64,000 nucleotides of DNA from Tubiluchus corallicola (taxonomy: Eukaryota; Animalia; Priapulida), in contig JAQGDQ010000021.1 of the NCBI GenBank assembly GCA_030141605.1, forward strand, positions 496,001 through 560,000, given 5' to 3'. The notes beneath the pieces are model-generated. The model searched no databases and had not been told where the DNA came from. It saw only the letters and a list, made by a program, of their open reading frames with translations. Below are positions 22,450 to 37,390 of this stretch, in pieces; the stretch's first letter is position 1, and each line of letters opens with the position of its first letter. The translations under genes and the position numbers were made by a program.

Positions 22450-25400
22450 TTACAGACGCTCTGGTTCTTCATCCAACTCCTCAAACTGATTAATGCATCC
22501 CTCTAATCGAGTAATGAGACGTGATGCAACAGGATAAAAATCTTCTCTCCACATGTTCAGCACAGCTTCGTTTATGTTGTCATCATCATCATCATGGTTG
22601 ACCTCTTGTGCAGCCTTTTCTACGGCAAGCTGCTCATAACCTGACATCATGAAGAAAAATAGGTAATTTAAAAAAAACACGAAAAGTGCAACTAAACTAT
22701 ATAAAAAGGCGTCAGAACTTAGAAGACATCTTGCATTCTATGACCTGAAGCTGACAAAGTTCATAGCATCTGACAAATATCGTCAATAAGTGAAACATAA
22801 AGCTTGTTACTGAGTTCAAACTAAGTTAATCAGCTAAAAATCCCCAGTTAATTTATGAATAACAAAAACACAATACTGCATTCAAGTAGATTCACGGAGG
22901 AGTGGTCTCGCTCGAGTGTGCTTCACGAGAATTGCTCGTGTGATACTTGACCTAGGCAAACATCTGAAAGTGCCTAAGACATACTCTGCCAGCTCCCAGG
23001 CCCATCTTACCGGGGCATCTTTGATAATGTGCCAGGTTCTGCTTTCGCGACAAACCTTAACTTGACCAGGCCCTGCTGTTCTAATTTGCAGTGTGAATGG
23101 AATTAGATAAAAAATATGACTGACCAAGGTAGTAAGTTAGCACCTCCACCAGTTCTGCATTTTCTTCAGCGGTAAATGTATCCACTGTACTGTACAAGCC
23201 ATCGCTGTAATTCCACAGTGTCTGACACACTAATCCAGCCAACTGCCAGTCATCACTACCAAAGTCTTTCAGCACATCTATGAGTCTATACATGATAAGA
23301 ATAACTTTATTTCATTCTTGCATCTATACGACTTTTGCACTTTCAACAGTTTTTTTAATTACTAAAAGACATCTTTAAGCTGCTGAATGTATGCCAAAAC
23401 TAAAGGAGTTTCAAATAAATTGTTAAGCAAATGAAACACTGACAAACCCTTTTTAAAATGTGTGCTTTTAATCTGTGATTACAAGCTTTACAGATGGTAT
23501 TTAAACAAGGTGAGTGACATTAGAACATTTTCATATGACTGCATTCTTAAGCAAAATTTAGACATCAGAGCCATCATATTATATGACTAGTATTTTTAAT
23601 TTATATGTAATAATTGTTCATCAAATCTTAAGTATCAACAGCAGTCAGGTAGTGAATTAAACTGTGAGTGACTGTAACAGGTAAATTCTTTAACAGTAAT
23701 TAAAGCATAGAAATGCCCTACAATCACTCAAAAGTTTGATAAAATAAACATACTTCCGGACACCATCTCCAGAACCAAAATGCTCGCGTTTATCGCAGTC
23801 AGAGAGAAGATTGATCAGTACGCCGCATGTGATGAAAACAACATCACGATTACTAGAGTCTAATAATGTCACCAGTAACTTGTCAACTATAACAGAATAA
23901 ATTCAATCAATAAATGTAATACAATGTAATATAAATGTAATACAATACAATAATAATAATCCATTTATTAAGCAAAAAAACATTGTATGGGTTAAGTCTA
24001 TAATAATGAGAAAACAGTATAGACTTTTATGATTAAATATTTGTACAATTCCAATTACTGAATGTGGCGAATTCAATAAAAAATAAAGGCTCTGGTATTA
24101 CTTTCCAGTGTTTTAAATAATTAAATATATTTGTTGTTAGACATCAACATCAAAAATAGAATTTCTACATTGAAGTCATAATCACTCAAAAGCTGAATAA
24201 AATCAAAGTGTGGTTACCTTTATGTTGTACAATAAACTGTCTTACAAGGTTGTGCTGAGTTAAATTTCCAAAAACTCTTAAAACTTCAACAGTTGCTTCC
24301 ATTGTGTTTTGATCTGCCAGGAGTATTTTTAACAATACTAAAATAAAGTGAAAAAGTAAACGAATTAAATTCAGACTCAATTCATCCTTAAAAACATAAA
24401 AAACCTCAGCATGTCAAAAAGAAACAATGTTCCACAACTATGAACTTTGAACCATCAACTGTAATAAAAAATTAAAGCTGCAAGAATTGTCTAAAAGGCA
24501 AATAAATAAATAAATAAATAAACTAAAAATATATGACAAACAGAAATTAAACAAATATGAATAGAAAAAAAAACAGTTAAGCATGAGTGTCCTCATCAGT
24601 GTAATGTAGGCAAGAAGTTTGAATTTTAGAATGGACATGGTTGAACTGTTTCAAAAAGCAGCTAATGACTGCTATAGTTTTCTCTAATATCAAAAGAAGC
24701 TTCTATGCACCAGGAAATGGAAAATTGGATCCAACCTGCATTATTCACATCAGATTAGTTTCCGAACATCAGGTTTTTCTGAGCTTAAAAGAACATTACC
24801 ACTCACATTGACATATTTTCATCTGTGCTTTGTTGATGGCACTGCCATCTACTTGATAGAATGATAAGTTGTTCAATGCAGCAACTGTATTAAGCATTAG
24901 TTCCTCACAATCATCAATGAATTCGGAATCTGAAAAAAAGACCAGGGTTTGACTGTTAGCAACAATAGTAGTGTCAGGCTTTACTGATGTACATTCAGTT
25001 CTTTTTCAGGTTTAGCTACCGGCAGAGAACCAATTATGGGACACCTAAACGAAAAAACCAGAAAGAGCTTTCAGTAAACTATTTGCAGTGAAAATCTAAT
25101 TGCAAGCTTCTCCCACCATTGGTACAGCAAGTAAATTTCTATTAACACTGAGGTGAAATTTTTTTCAATTTACGTGCATAGCATCCCTAATATGCTGCAG
25201 AATTCACTCTAAATGGTGCTGCCAAAATTTTGTTACACAACCAACAGTATCCACAATACAACAATATAGCAAACTCATAAACTGAAACTTTACCTAAGAC
25301 ATCCAACAAAACTTCACACAATGAATCATCAGTTGCCATAGCAACACCATTTTCATGATGAATAGCAAGATTAGCAATAACACGAACTACCTGCAATCCA

Positions 25401-28400
25401 TAATGGCACTAATTTTAGCAACAAAATACATGTAAACACAAACAAACATAATAGACGTAAAATTCAAAGAAGAGTAACTGACAAAAACTGACATGTTTCA
25501 GAACTTTCAGCAAAATACAAGTTTTCGGAAAAAATGTATATTATACATATATGCTTTCTTGAATTAAGAAACTTAAGCAGCAAACACAATTTCTGCATTT
25601 AAAACTATGAATTGTTTGCTATCCACCACAAACAAATTGTACAATAATCAGGATTTCTCGAAGTAGTTTCCAGTAGTTGCAAGCACTCTGTCTGTTTGTC
25701 TAACCTTTAGAAAACTGAAATAGGGCAAAGTTTATCATCTTGAAACCAAGTCTCAATGCCAATGGCTTAGCAGATGTAAATAAAGGGCTTTTGCAAGATA
25801 CGTGGTACAACTATTCTAAGACCGTACTCGTCAGTGTTCATATTAGGAAACAAATGTTTTATTTGGCATGTTGAGAAGCAGTTAAAAAGTGCCTTGCCAG
25901 CAAAATTCTGATAAGTAGGGCCTTGGAACAAATGTGGTCCTTTCAGGCTAATTTTACGCCACGGACTCTTTTGCGGAATGCTAGCTTGACTTTTTCAATA
26001 TGAATAACCGAAAATATAACGACAATTAATTATAGTAAATTGAGTTATTATAACGGCAAAGAGAAGCAGACAATTTTTAAAAACCGAATAACTAACCTTT
26101 ATCAAAATATCGTCAACTTTTGCAGTGGCCATCTCGTTGCCTTCAAATATTGAGTCATCTTCACGAACCTGCAATGAAAACCAAACAAAGACCTACTAAA
26201 AACACCACAAAATAATAAATGTTATCCTAGATTTAAGGCTACACAATAAACTAAACTTAAGAAAAAATATGATAAATGTTAATACCTTAATACTCATTGC
26301 ACGATAAACTTTTATGAGAGAAACCACGGACTGCATCACAGAAGGCTGAAGAAACAGTTGAATGCGCGCATGCTCTGATTTTGCAAGCAGATTGCCAAGG
26401 GTAAAAGTCAGCCGCACTATTATATCCTGCAACAGATTTATAAAACAAGATTTGAAATAAAAAAGCAGTAAACAACATTCATCACATTGCTCAAGCAATA
26501 TTTTAACGGTAAGCTCTAAAAGGGCCTCTTAATGACCACATACCAACCTAAACCAAAAATTCTGCAATGCAAAATTTAAAAACCTGAAAAGATCTGTGAC
26601 AGTGAATTATTGTTTACTTGTTAAAGTCATACTAAACTCTTAGTATAATATGAGCTTTTATATTCAATTTAATTTGTTATACACTTATTGTAAAACTTGT
26701 TTATTTTGATTTTTTATCATATCCTTATTAACGGTATTAAATTTGAAGAACCTCCACTTTTGATTGTGCGAAATGAATGACGTTACAAGTACAGTCTCGA
26801 GGTCATCAAGGAATGGTAAGCAAAGACGCTTTCTGTACTATGCATGTCATTCTCGCTCACTCGTGCCAAAAATGCAAAACATGGTGATCTTTACAGCATG
26901 AGTTCGAAATTTGCCAGAAAAAGGTAAGTTATTTAATTTATAAGCTTCTTTTGTTTAATAAAAACTATGAATTCTTCGTGTAATCATAACAATGCGTTAA
27001 AAAGTTCAATATGTGTTCGGGTTATATATGCCTTTAAATCAGTACAGGAGTTGTACACAGTAGAAATAAGCTATATAATAAAAACAATCTGCTGAGTGCA
27101 ATTTTAACTTAACAACAGTGTTTTCTAGTTTAAACTGCAATTAAATATTTCCAGATATTATAGTTTATTGCACAAGAATATAATGACAAACCTGATTTTG
27201 TATGTGTTTATTGAGGAGGTTCAACATCACAGGGTAAACTATCAAGCACTCTGCTATATTTTCACAGCAATCTGTATACAGTGTTAGTTTGCTATAAGGA
27301 AAAATAAATGGCAAACATCTCACTTGAAACACAAAAATACAACTGATATTATAATGCACTATACATGTACTTAAAAAATAAAAGCGGGCACTCAAAACTT
27401 TTGGTTGCATTATATTAGGCATTGTCACTTAGGTCTCACTCACATTAATTCTGGCATTAGAAAACACAACAAGCACAATAATTAAATGCAATAATTTTCA
27501 AAAAAGTGCATTTAGTAAATATCAACATTTATAGGCACCCAAACAACATACTGAAATTGCTGCACTAAAATCCGAGAAATAAATAAGATTCATTTTACAT
27601 GTTACACAGAGTAAATTTTAGATAGCATTCTTCCGAAAATTTACTGTTATGAATTGCGTATGTGCTAAAATAATTCGTGTGATGTAAATGCTGTGTTTGC
27701 TACTATATGCCTTGCTGAACTAAATTCTTAGGAATGTTGCTTGCAGTAAAACATCTGTGTAAACCCTAACTTGAATAGAAATTAGAAATATATAAGGTGC
27801 AGCATTATTTACAATATTCTATATGTATAAATCACACCTGAACAGCCGAGACACATTTAGTACAAGATCCGGATCAGTTGAATAAGCTTGTAGTAGAATG
27901 CATAACTGAGGTAGTACGCTGTTACTAATAAACAAATTTCTGTACTGCATGCTGTCAGCCATATTGCGTAACGCAGCTGTAATCTGAATCATAGCTTGTG
28001 CCACGTCGGAAGTAGTAATACCCTAGAAAAACAAAAACCTCACTATAATTTTACCTGATAATTAAAAATCACTAGGCATAATATATCAGAAAAAAGCGGA
28101 ATATTGAGATTATTATTATCAGAATGATACAGTGGCAGTAAAATATAAATACTGAACTCAGATATTAGTCCATTTCGTATGATGTTTGCTTTAGCAAATT
28201 ATTCTAGAGGCATTTTAGTCATGCTCTGGAGTTGTACAGTTAGTGTGCTTGCATTGAAACATAATACTAAGTCAATATTTAAGATGAACAGCAGAAGTCA
28301 CTATGGCCTTTGTCTCACTGAGTTATTGCAAATCTGGGTGAAAGTATGTACAGTGACGTCATGAAAATAGTCTTTGTTGACAATGAATTATTCTGGTTTT

Positions 28401-31400
28401 TCAGCCCCCTTCTACATCTTCTTCAGAAGTTCAGAAAATAAAAATGGTACTATCAAGCTCTTGCCCAAATACCAGTGCTATGAGTAAAGTTTCTCTAGCA
28501 AAAATGGATTGCACATGATATACAGATGTATAAAACATGACAAGTTACTAGAAAAAATAATTACCGAAGCATTCACTTTAGCAACTTTTGCTGCTAGCAC
28601 AGTTACACCATCATGCTTAAATATTTCCTCCACCAGCAAAGAATTACCAGACAGGAATCTGACTGCAGCTGCAAGGTAGATTAATGCTTCACAAGAAATA
28701 GTGGCATCAACCCACTCAATGGCAGATAACAACACATCTACAAAAAGTAAACAATACTACTCAGCAAAATAAGAAAACATTGACTAGCAAACAATACAGA
28801 AATGAACTAACCAGGATGTGAACTAGCTTATTTTTCTGTAGCAATGACATGTATTTATTATAACAGCAATGCTCGAGTATAAGAGGCGAAAAAAGTACAC
28901 TAATAATTATCTAATTGGTTGACCATTGGTATTAACCTGGTCTGTGGCTGATATTTACAAGTGAAATTTTGGCAATCATGAATAAATGATATTGAAAACA
29001 ATATATATATATATGTATATCGTTTTCAATATACACGCACGCACGCACACACACATATATGTAACAGAATTATTTATATTTTTAGAGCGAAAACATATCA
29101 CATAAGCCCAAAAGCAATAAAAAAACAGTCAATGTAAAATTAAAGGACAACAGTGTACAACCCTACTGTTCAGTTCTAACGACGTGCTAACAAAAGATTC
29201 TTTAGTCTCCAATACAAACAGAAAAAAACTGGCGGCAAAATAGCTTTATCTTACAAATTCTGTAAACAATATCGATTGTAAAGTATTCCCCATTTTGAGT
29301 AACAGGTAATTTCAATGAACAAAGAATGTATAAAGCACATAAACATAGGCCTCAAAAATGCCTCATACTGAAAAATTTGCCTGCATATGCTCATCCCTAG
29401 AGAAGGGAATAAACAATGGCAACGTTCCTGTGACACTTTGTATTTATTTCATACAGTAATAAATGAACCAATTTTACACAATGCTATCACACTGGTGCAC
29501 CATTTATCACAACCCTATTGCAGGATGACAATTTTTTATAAACCTGAATAAGCTGAGTTTACTAGGTGTACATGTGGTGTAAAGGCAAATAAATAGCATT
29601 ACCTATAAAATTATTTTCCAGAAAGTACGAATCGTTTGCATCACTTTTACTGACTTTATAGATGAGTTTAGCAATGTTGACTAGATTCTTTCCACTGACT
29701 CTCAGCTGCAACAAATAAACAACCATTCAAAAACTTTATGTTAATTACACAGCAAGTTAAATGCTCAAGATTTAAATAAAATTTTCGTACTACATTTGAA
29801 AAACAAATTTGAAACACAAAAGACACTTAAAATGTGAATGATGGTTAACAAAGTACCTTTTACATGCAAGCAAAGTACAAAAACTGCATAAGCATGTAGG
29901 CTTGTAAATAAAAGCATATTCATCAAAAGCTACTAATATTGATCATCAGTATAAAGGTGTGACAAATCTAGTACCTATCTAATGTTAAAAGAGTCTGAAA
30001 GTACAGCCATAGCTTTATAGCTGGAAACTTTTTGGTACAGTAAGAAATCACTACTCTTTGTAAATATGCAGGATAATAACCTCCTGTGATTCAAACAATT
30101 ACAAACATTTACACAGCAGATAAAATTAAGTTTAAATACAGTTGCAAATGCACAAAAAAAACTAAACAGTCAAGTAACAGGGTACGCTCTTGGTTTGCAT
30201 GCTTCAGAATAACAGAGCTGATTTCAAAGTAAAGGTAGTATGAGATTCCAATCTGTCAAACAGCAGAATGCATTCATGATCCAAAATCCCAAATATTAGC
30301 CCTAGAACATGTACACTTAAAAAGACTGAAGTCATAGACTATAAATTCTTCGAGCTGCAATATAAAATACATACTGTTAATATAATCCTAGAAGCATTCA
30401 GAAGTAAAGATGAATTGTTGATATCTAATAAGCGGTACAAAGAGCGTAGAATGATGGCACGATATCGACAGCTTTTATTCAACATGCTTCCCTCTAATAA
30501 TGTGCAATGTAACAAATCTATGAGTCTTTTAGCATCTTCACCTAGAAAATATGAAACAATTAAAGCTTTGTTTTCTATTAAAATTGTAAAAATTAAATAC
30601 CTAGGCAAATGGTAGTGCAGGTTCACAGCATTATAATTCGAATTTGCAGTTTTGCAGTTTTTCATCGCTCATAATGACAATGCAGGTTACCATAGAAACA
30701 GCACGACATTTGGTTTGCACATATTTGAAAGTTTGAAAATTTTAGCTAGGACATGGAGCCATATCTGTACTTGTCTGGTAACGGTGAGAAAATTATAGAG
30801 TATTAGTGAAACAGTATACAATCTTTTGTACGCAGAACAAGTGTGAGATTACATTAGCAAAAATATGTCGCCTTAATATTGCATTTTCTATTTCCGATAA
30901 CAGTAAAATATTAAATTACGGGATGGTGTATGTGCATAGGTAACTAAATCATCTACACACTTGTTCATTTATACATCATTTCAAAAAGTGCTTTTAGTTC
31001 GTCTGTTGCAAAACATTCATAAAAGAAGAAAGCAGTTTTGCATATAAGATTATGTTAAACCATTTACATTTCACCACAAATCTAATACTCTGTCTCACGT
31101 GAATGACTACAAACTTACTTGTTAGCTTTGAGTCCAGCTGCACCAGAATTGGTTCAACATTTCTCTTAAAATACAAAGTTTCTGGCTTGTCGCGACTTGA
31201 CCTTGATCCCAAGCATTCTCGTTCTGACCTTGACTCCAAATATTGACGTTCGTCACGTATAGAATCTCTGATGGTTAATGATTGTGACTTCTGGTCATTA
31301 CTAGGAATGGACGTAATACTGTGCTCACTAGAACTACTGCTTGGAGTGATGTACTGGCAATAGGAGTTCACTTGAAAAGTGGTGCTATCTTCTTTATTTC

Positions 31401-34400
31401 TTTGTGATCTCAGTGGTAGCCTAAAATACAAAACTTTTACTAGAAAATCAGGACAATAATGAAAAGCAAATCACACTAATACTTTTCCTCTGAAAGTTAT
31501 TTACCTTGCTTGCAATAGGTTAAGGAAACAAAAGGTTTTTCATGTCGTACGCTGGAATCAAATTACCTCTGAATTTCTACTTTAATCTTCCCTGAGTTTG
31601 CGCTGGGCCTTCTTGCATCACATTCTTTACCATCAGCTTCAGTCCTTTTCTGAAAAAATTTCTGAGTTCTCTCTTTGGGGCCACTGTGCACTCGTCTAGT
31701 TGTGTTTGGAGGCCTGGGTGTAACTGAAACTGAAATTATGAAACCATGACTGAGCAGTACAGCAAAACTGTGTTTTTCTCACTACAGTATACTTTGGTTA
31801 ATAAATCCACTTTGCTGCACAGTTAAATGGATTTATTAAGCATTGGGGTTTATAAAACAAAGAGACTTATAAAGTACCATTTCCTATGTTATTACACTGC
31901 ATATGTTTATTTATGAAGCCAACACTGTTACCACTTGGTAAATTGCTAGAGAAAAGTGTTTAAGTAAAGTGCAATAATTCATCAGCCTTCATATAATTAC
32001 AGTAACTGGTGCTTATTGTTTATCTATGATGTCATTATCCTTTATATGCAACAAGCTATTGCCAATTTAAAAAAGATGCAATACATGTAACTTTAATATC
32101 AGTGTTGATTCAGCAGTCATTTATTTGAGTCACTGAAATTATCACTCATAATGGTTTATCAGGCATGCTAATTTAACCTAATTACATCTTTCATCTCCTG
32201 CTTGACTGAAGCCTCAGCATTGTAACGTGTAAATTAGACCATTACAAAAAAACAATTAAGTGGATAAAATACAAAGAGCTATAAAATGTGCTTAGAACAA
32301 ATATGCCGATCTAGCTCAAGTTAAAAGGTGTGACAGTCGTGTGGTCTTACGTCACAATTTTGTTGCTTTGCAGTGCGTAAGGTGGAATTATAAAGTGAAG
32401 TTTGGATCTAATAAACGACAAATTTTACTAGGTTAAAGTATCATATAGTTCCGTTCCAGCCACAGCGACCACAATAAGAGTGAATTCTACAGTATTTTCA
32501 AAAAATGTAAAAAAAGGGGTAATTTTTGGACAAAAGGACGTGCAAGAAAATAAAAAGTTTAACTTGTTTAACGATGATCACTTACTTTCTGTAAGCGAAT
32601 GGGTCTCCTTGCTGTCCCTTAGAGCCCCTGCTAAAGAAGGGACACGTGGCAGGCCACTAGTTATTGCTTGATTGGATGCTAATTTTTCAAAGTGACTTTC
32701 CTTCTCTAGTAACAACTGTGCAGAGGGAGTCTGAAAAACAGGCATAACAATAAATTTTATTCTGAGCAATTTACCACCACGCTAAAAGCATGCCCATTTA
32801 TTTATTTTACTTTGAAACCAATTGATATCATGCAATATGTACTTTCCTTACGTCTACTTTTGTTGCTAAACTCAGCTTAAACTAACCAATATCAGGCCAA
32901 TAAGCTACAATGGTTTAGTGTCAACCAAAATTTTAAATTATTTGTACAAAAATTTACCCAATTTAAATAGTTTTCTTGTCTTTGTCATGGTATGGTTTAT
33001 CGTGATGTGGTGGTGTGGTGGTGTAGTACGTGTGGCATGATGCGATTAGTCTGGTGTGAGTAGAGTGGTGCAGGGGCATGGTGTGAGTTGCTGTTGGGGT
33101 TACCAGCAAAATTCTTTTGTGTGGATTCTTTTTATGTAATAATTGATTATTTATTAATGATTATATCTCCTAGCTTCATATAAAATGTTTTTAATACATA
33201 GGGTATACATGGCAAGTCCAGTTTTCTGTCTTGTGTTCTTGAGGATCTTGCGGATACCCGGACTTTCAAATTTCATATAAATAGGCAGATTTAGCAGATG
33301 TGGATATGAACAGTTGCGGATATTGTAGGTGAGGATAAATGTGAAAATGATATCCGTGTATTTTTTATTCAATGCACACTGTTCAACTTACAAAAACAAA
33401 CAGTTTTAATTAGTATGATATATCATCTCACAATTGACATTATGTCAAATTTGTCAGTAACTAACAAGTAAACACAAGAGTGTGCTTGAAAATAAAAGGA
33501 ACACCACACAGAACATCCCATTTCATTACCTAATCAAGTTAGCAGTATGAAAGTATGTTCTTTTGCAATCATTTGCAATCTTTTGCAGCCAAGGTATCTG
33601 ACATTCAAATTAAATTACTGCTTTACATATTTGACAAGACAAAATTAGTTTATGTACTCTAGGCCATGACAAAAACTACCAACATTCTCAGTTAGAAGAG
33701 TTACTGACCAAGGCTACAAGGCTGAGCTACAGCTTTGGGATTGATTACACCATGGAGCAAATACACTCTCCATACATGCTTATTGCACACACACTTACCT
33801 TGACTAGAGGCTTTAACTTGCGTGTTTTAGAAGAAATTGGCCTATAGTCTGTTGGCAGACTAGATCGCCTCTGAAGTAAGCTATAATGAAACAAACAATC
33901 ATCGCACTTAAAACAACTGTCATTGATTCAATTATAAAAATTTGTTTATCATGAATATCACAACAGCCTCGAAGTTTACAGTTGCAAAAGGCAGGCATAT
34001 TAATCTAATTTCTGTTTGCCTTTAGTGTTTTTACTGTAGGCCAAAAACTTTTGACTGTAATTTTATCAATAATAAATTTTTTAAAGCCAATATTTTAATA
34101 TAGGCTACTGTAAATTGTAACAATGGTATTTGTTGGAAACCTTTGCAGATTTTGTGAGGAAGGCTAAATGCAAAAATTTCCAGGTGCATAAATTATATTA
34201 ATATTTAAGTCACTACTGGCTCTGTTACTTTATTACAGCTAGTATTAGCCGCCAAGTAATACAGCAACAAAGTAAGCAAATATTGGTAACTGCGCAGGTT
34301 ATTGACTACACTGGAAAACGATAATATTGTTAATAACATAACTCATTACTTGACAATTAATGTGCCTTACTGTGAAATAAAGTTATAAATTTTTATCGAT

Positions 34401-35002
34401 CTTAAACTTTCGTAATTCGTTTGCACTGAGATGTCACAAAAATATCACTTTGCAAACTAGGCTCCGAAGCTCAATTCGCAAAAATTTAGCTTGTATTTTT
34501 TTCCGGTTTACAGTAGATAGTGATGGCATTGGCGTCAACGTGCAAGTCTATTCTGCAACTAAATGGGTTGCATTCACGGTCATATTTTAGAAACTTTAAG
34601 AGCTACCTCTACAGAAATACTATCATTACTTCGTAAAAACAGCTATAACAGTGTGGTAATTGAAATTAACTTGTTATTTCATTTAACAACTTGCACAACA
34701 CAAAAATTCCTCATTATGGTAACTTTTATAAATACATTCAAGAACATAGATAGATATAGGCTATACCACCTAGAAGAGTCTTTTAATGTGTTATTCTGAT
34801 CCAGCGGTCTATGGCTGTATAAACTCCGTCGTTCATCTAGTGGGGTGAAAGGTCGCTTGGCTTCCAGAGTGCGTATAGATGATCTAGCTTCGCTAACAAT
34901 TTCAGCACTCGTCTTTTTGTTTGATGATTTAGAGTAGAAAGGTGCTGGTGGCTTGCCGTGTTGTTGCAACTGCGGAGTTACAGGTCTTTTACTCAACTCC
35001 AT
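22450..35002 (-). CDS. ARMC2: Armadillo repeat-containing protein 2 (~896 aa, 18 coding exons)
   Basis: Exons (minus strand) 35002-34770, 33880-33799, 32730-32586, 31729-31567, 31420-31119, 30541-30375, 29705-29603, 28737-28565, 28022-27838, 27291-27192, 26426-26286, 26168-26097, 25390-25294, 24929-24807, 24337-24218, 23886-23754, 23285-23125, 22640-22450 are all GT-AG and total 2691 nt in frame. Motifs PFY..KKTSAEIVSEAR..RPFTP, RPISS, LRVSGKNLVNIAKLIYKVS, AALRN, VRLTFTLGNL, VRVIANL, LNNLSFY, RVFGNLT, CGVLINL and DWQLAGLVCQTLWNY match ARMC2. Confidence 0.93.
32988..33095. repeat. Degenerate GT-rich (GTGGT/TGG) simple repeat in an ARMC2 intron
   Basis: TGGTATGGTTTATCGTGATGTGGTGGTGTGGTGGTGTAGTACGTGTGGCATG... 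has roughly pentamer periodicity. Confidence 0.5.
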
Positions 35003-35964
35003 GTTTAAAGGTTTTCTGAATAATTGAAATAAAAGTATAGTGTGCTGTGCAGTAATATGAAACAGTGATGATTCTTACAGGACAAATAGTGGTAGTAATG
35101 AAAATAACAAATGATTAATATTTTTTTTAAACTGTGCACTAAACATTAAAATTTGATATTGCAAATAATGTAATAACTACAAGCAAACATCTGTAACATG
35201 TAAGAGACTAAGAGTTTAGACACAACTACTAAGGCTGTACCATGCAGTTTAGGAGAATTTAGGCATACTTATTCAGTGTAATAATCTCAACATGAGAGGC
35301 AATTGTTGAAAAAAAAACAATTGCAGTAAACTAAGAAATAAAAAGGCTGAAAGTGCTAGGGATTGCTAATAATATTGAGAAACAAGTATAGCGTCTGTAT
35401 ATATAATGTCAGAAATGTTACACATATATGTTATCATCAACACAGATCTTCAACAGCTATGGCTATCTTCAAAAGTTTTGTTCACTTTCCTCTGTACCAA
35501 GCGTGCGGCACACATTACCTGGCTTCATTAGAAAAGAGTTTGAAGATCAGCCGATGGTGGCACCTTCTTTGACTTCAAAAGTTTTGTTCAATTTCCTTTG
35601 TATCACACGTCTGACTTAGTTAAGGAGTTATTATTGTGCTTTTTGTTTCAGGACTATGTTTGTTGTTGGCAATGATGTACAAAAAGTACAAATGCAGGAA
35701 CCGTTTACCAGTTAGGAATAATAAAAATGATGTTTATTATAACATTACGGATAATATAAAAATACACACGTACACAAGACTATTCCAGTTAATTATCACT
35801 GCAGTGTCATTGGAATAATTTGGCAGAGTGTTAGGTTTCAGATGCGTTCTTAATTGTTCAAGCCCAATTTGCCAACTCGCTGAGCTTGAGCCTCCATGCA
35901 GACACCTCCATTAATGATAATCCTGGGTTTCAATAATCATAAAAGTGAAATGTAAGAAGAAACT

Positions 35965-36910
35965 TTTTAGTAAAACTTGCGAAAAGTGCGGCATACGGGA
36001 ATACGGTACTTTGTAAGGGCAGGCACCCGTACGGTTAGATAGCTAATGAGCTAGTGAACAATATGTGTTTTTCCTGAAGTGTTACAAACTTTTCTTTGGT
36101 TACATCTGCACTTCAAATGTGAAATACTTGTGGAATGTGAAACTCGGGGAATGTGCAAGTATACAGGAAAGAGAAAGTTTGCAACAGGCAAACACCTATA
36201 TGGTTAGATAGCTAATAAGCTAGTGAACAATATGTGTTTTTCCTGCAGTGTTGCAAACTTTTTTTTGGTTACACCAATAGTTCAAACATGGAGCACTTAT
36301 GATGTCAAATGTGAAACTTGCGAAAAGTGCAGGCATGCAGGAACATAGAAGTTTGTAACGGGCAGGCACCCATATGGTTGGATAGCTAATGAGCTAGTGA
36401 ACAATATGTGTTTTTCCTGAGGTGTTACGAACTTTTTTTTTGGTTACGTCAACACTTCAAACATGGAACACTTGTATCAAATGTGAAACTTGGGAAAAGT
36501 GCAAGCATACAGGAAAGCGAAAGTTTGTACGAGACCCATATGGTTAGATAGCTCATGAGCTAGTGAACAACATGTGTTGTTCCTAAGGTGTTACATACTT
36601 TTCTTTGGCTACACATACACTTTAAACGTGAAATACTAGTGGAAAGTGAAACTCGGGGAATGTGCAAGCAAACGGGAAAGAGAATTTTAGTAACAGGCAG
36701 GCACCCATATGGTTAGATAGTTGATGAACTAGCGAAAAACATGTCTTCAAACATGGAACACTTGTGTCAAATGTGAACAGTGCGAAAAGTGCGGGTATAC
36801 GGGAACACGAAAGTTTGTAACAGGCAGGCACCCATATGGTTCGATAACTAATGAACTAGTGAATAATGTATCCTCGTTGAGGTGTTACAAACTTTAATTT
36901 GATTACATCA
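35965..36910. repeat. Tandem satellite, ~169-bp unit, ~5.5 copies, in the ARMC2 5'-UTR intron
   Basis: The anchor GTTAGATAGCTAATGAGCTAGTGAACAA recurs at 36034, 36203, 36377, 36543, 36712 and 36839 (spacings 169, 174, 166, 169, 127). Confidence 0.92.
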
Positions 36911-37039
36911 GCACAAGTACAGGTGGATACGCAGGCACACAACTAAACAATATGAACCTCACAGAGATTATAAAGTAATTTTGTTAGCTGTATACTGTAC
37001 TAGCCTAAACATAGTTTCTAATTATTTAAATCGCTCTCT

Positions 37040-37390
37040 AATTCTCTAGCAACTTACCATAAAATTGCATGTAATCTGCCCAATTACATTTTAAAATTTA
37101 TACGGCACTCAGTTTGTGTACATTCTCTGATTTGTGTTGACATTTTTCCAAAGCATACAGGTACTAGTGTCATCTAGTGTTCGTAAAAAAACCCATCTCA
37201 GTTACTGTTTGCCGTTACTAAGGAATTTCGTTAAAATAGTCTCCACTAGATAACGCCACTGAAACCAGTAACTCCTGATAGTGTGTACTGTATTAGATGT
37301 ATTTATCTGTAGAGTGAAGAAGAAACTGAAGAATGGTGGATTTTGGTAAATAAATGTTGAGAGGTGAATAGACGAAGAAAGGTATGAGTA
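37040..37390. promoter_or_regulatory. Putative bidirectional promoter and non-coding first exons of ARMC2 (-) and the SCHIP1-like gene (+)
   Basis: There is a minus-strand donor ATG|GTAAGT at ~37057 and a plus-strand donor AAG|GTATGA at 37381-37382. Both first coding exons begin with acceptors (35016 on -, 40189 on +), so upstream non-coding exons are needed. RFX-like half sites: CTAGCAAC (~37046), GTTACTAAGG (~37214), CTAGATAAC (~37246). Confidence 0.45.

Noticed and set aside
22882-23127. 81-aa minus-strand ORF / GC-richer patch in the last ARMC2 intron as an extra exon
   Set aside because: The ARMC2 frame joins cleanly 23125->22640 without it. It has a CAGGGCCTGG hAT-like end at ~23075 but no partner end, so it is probably a TE fragment.
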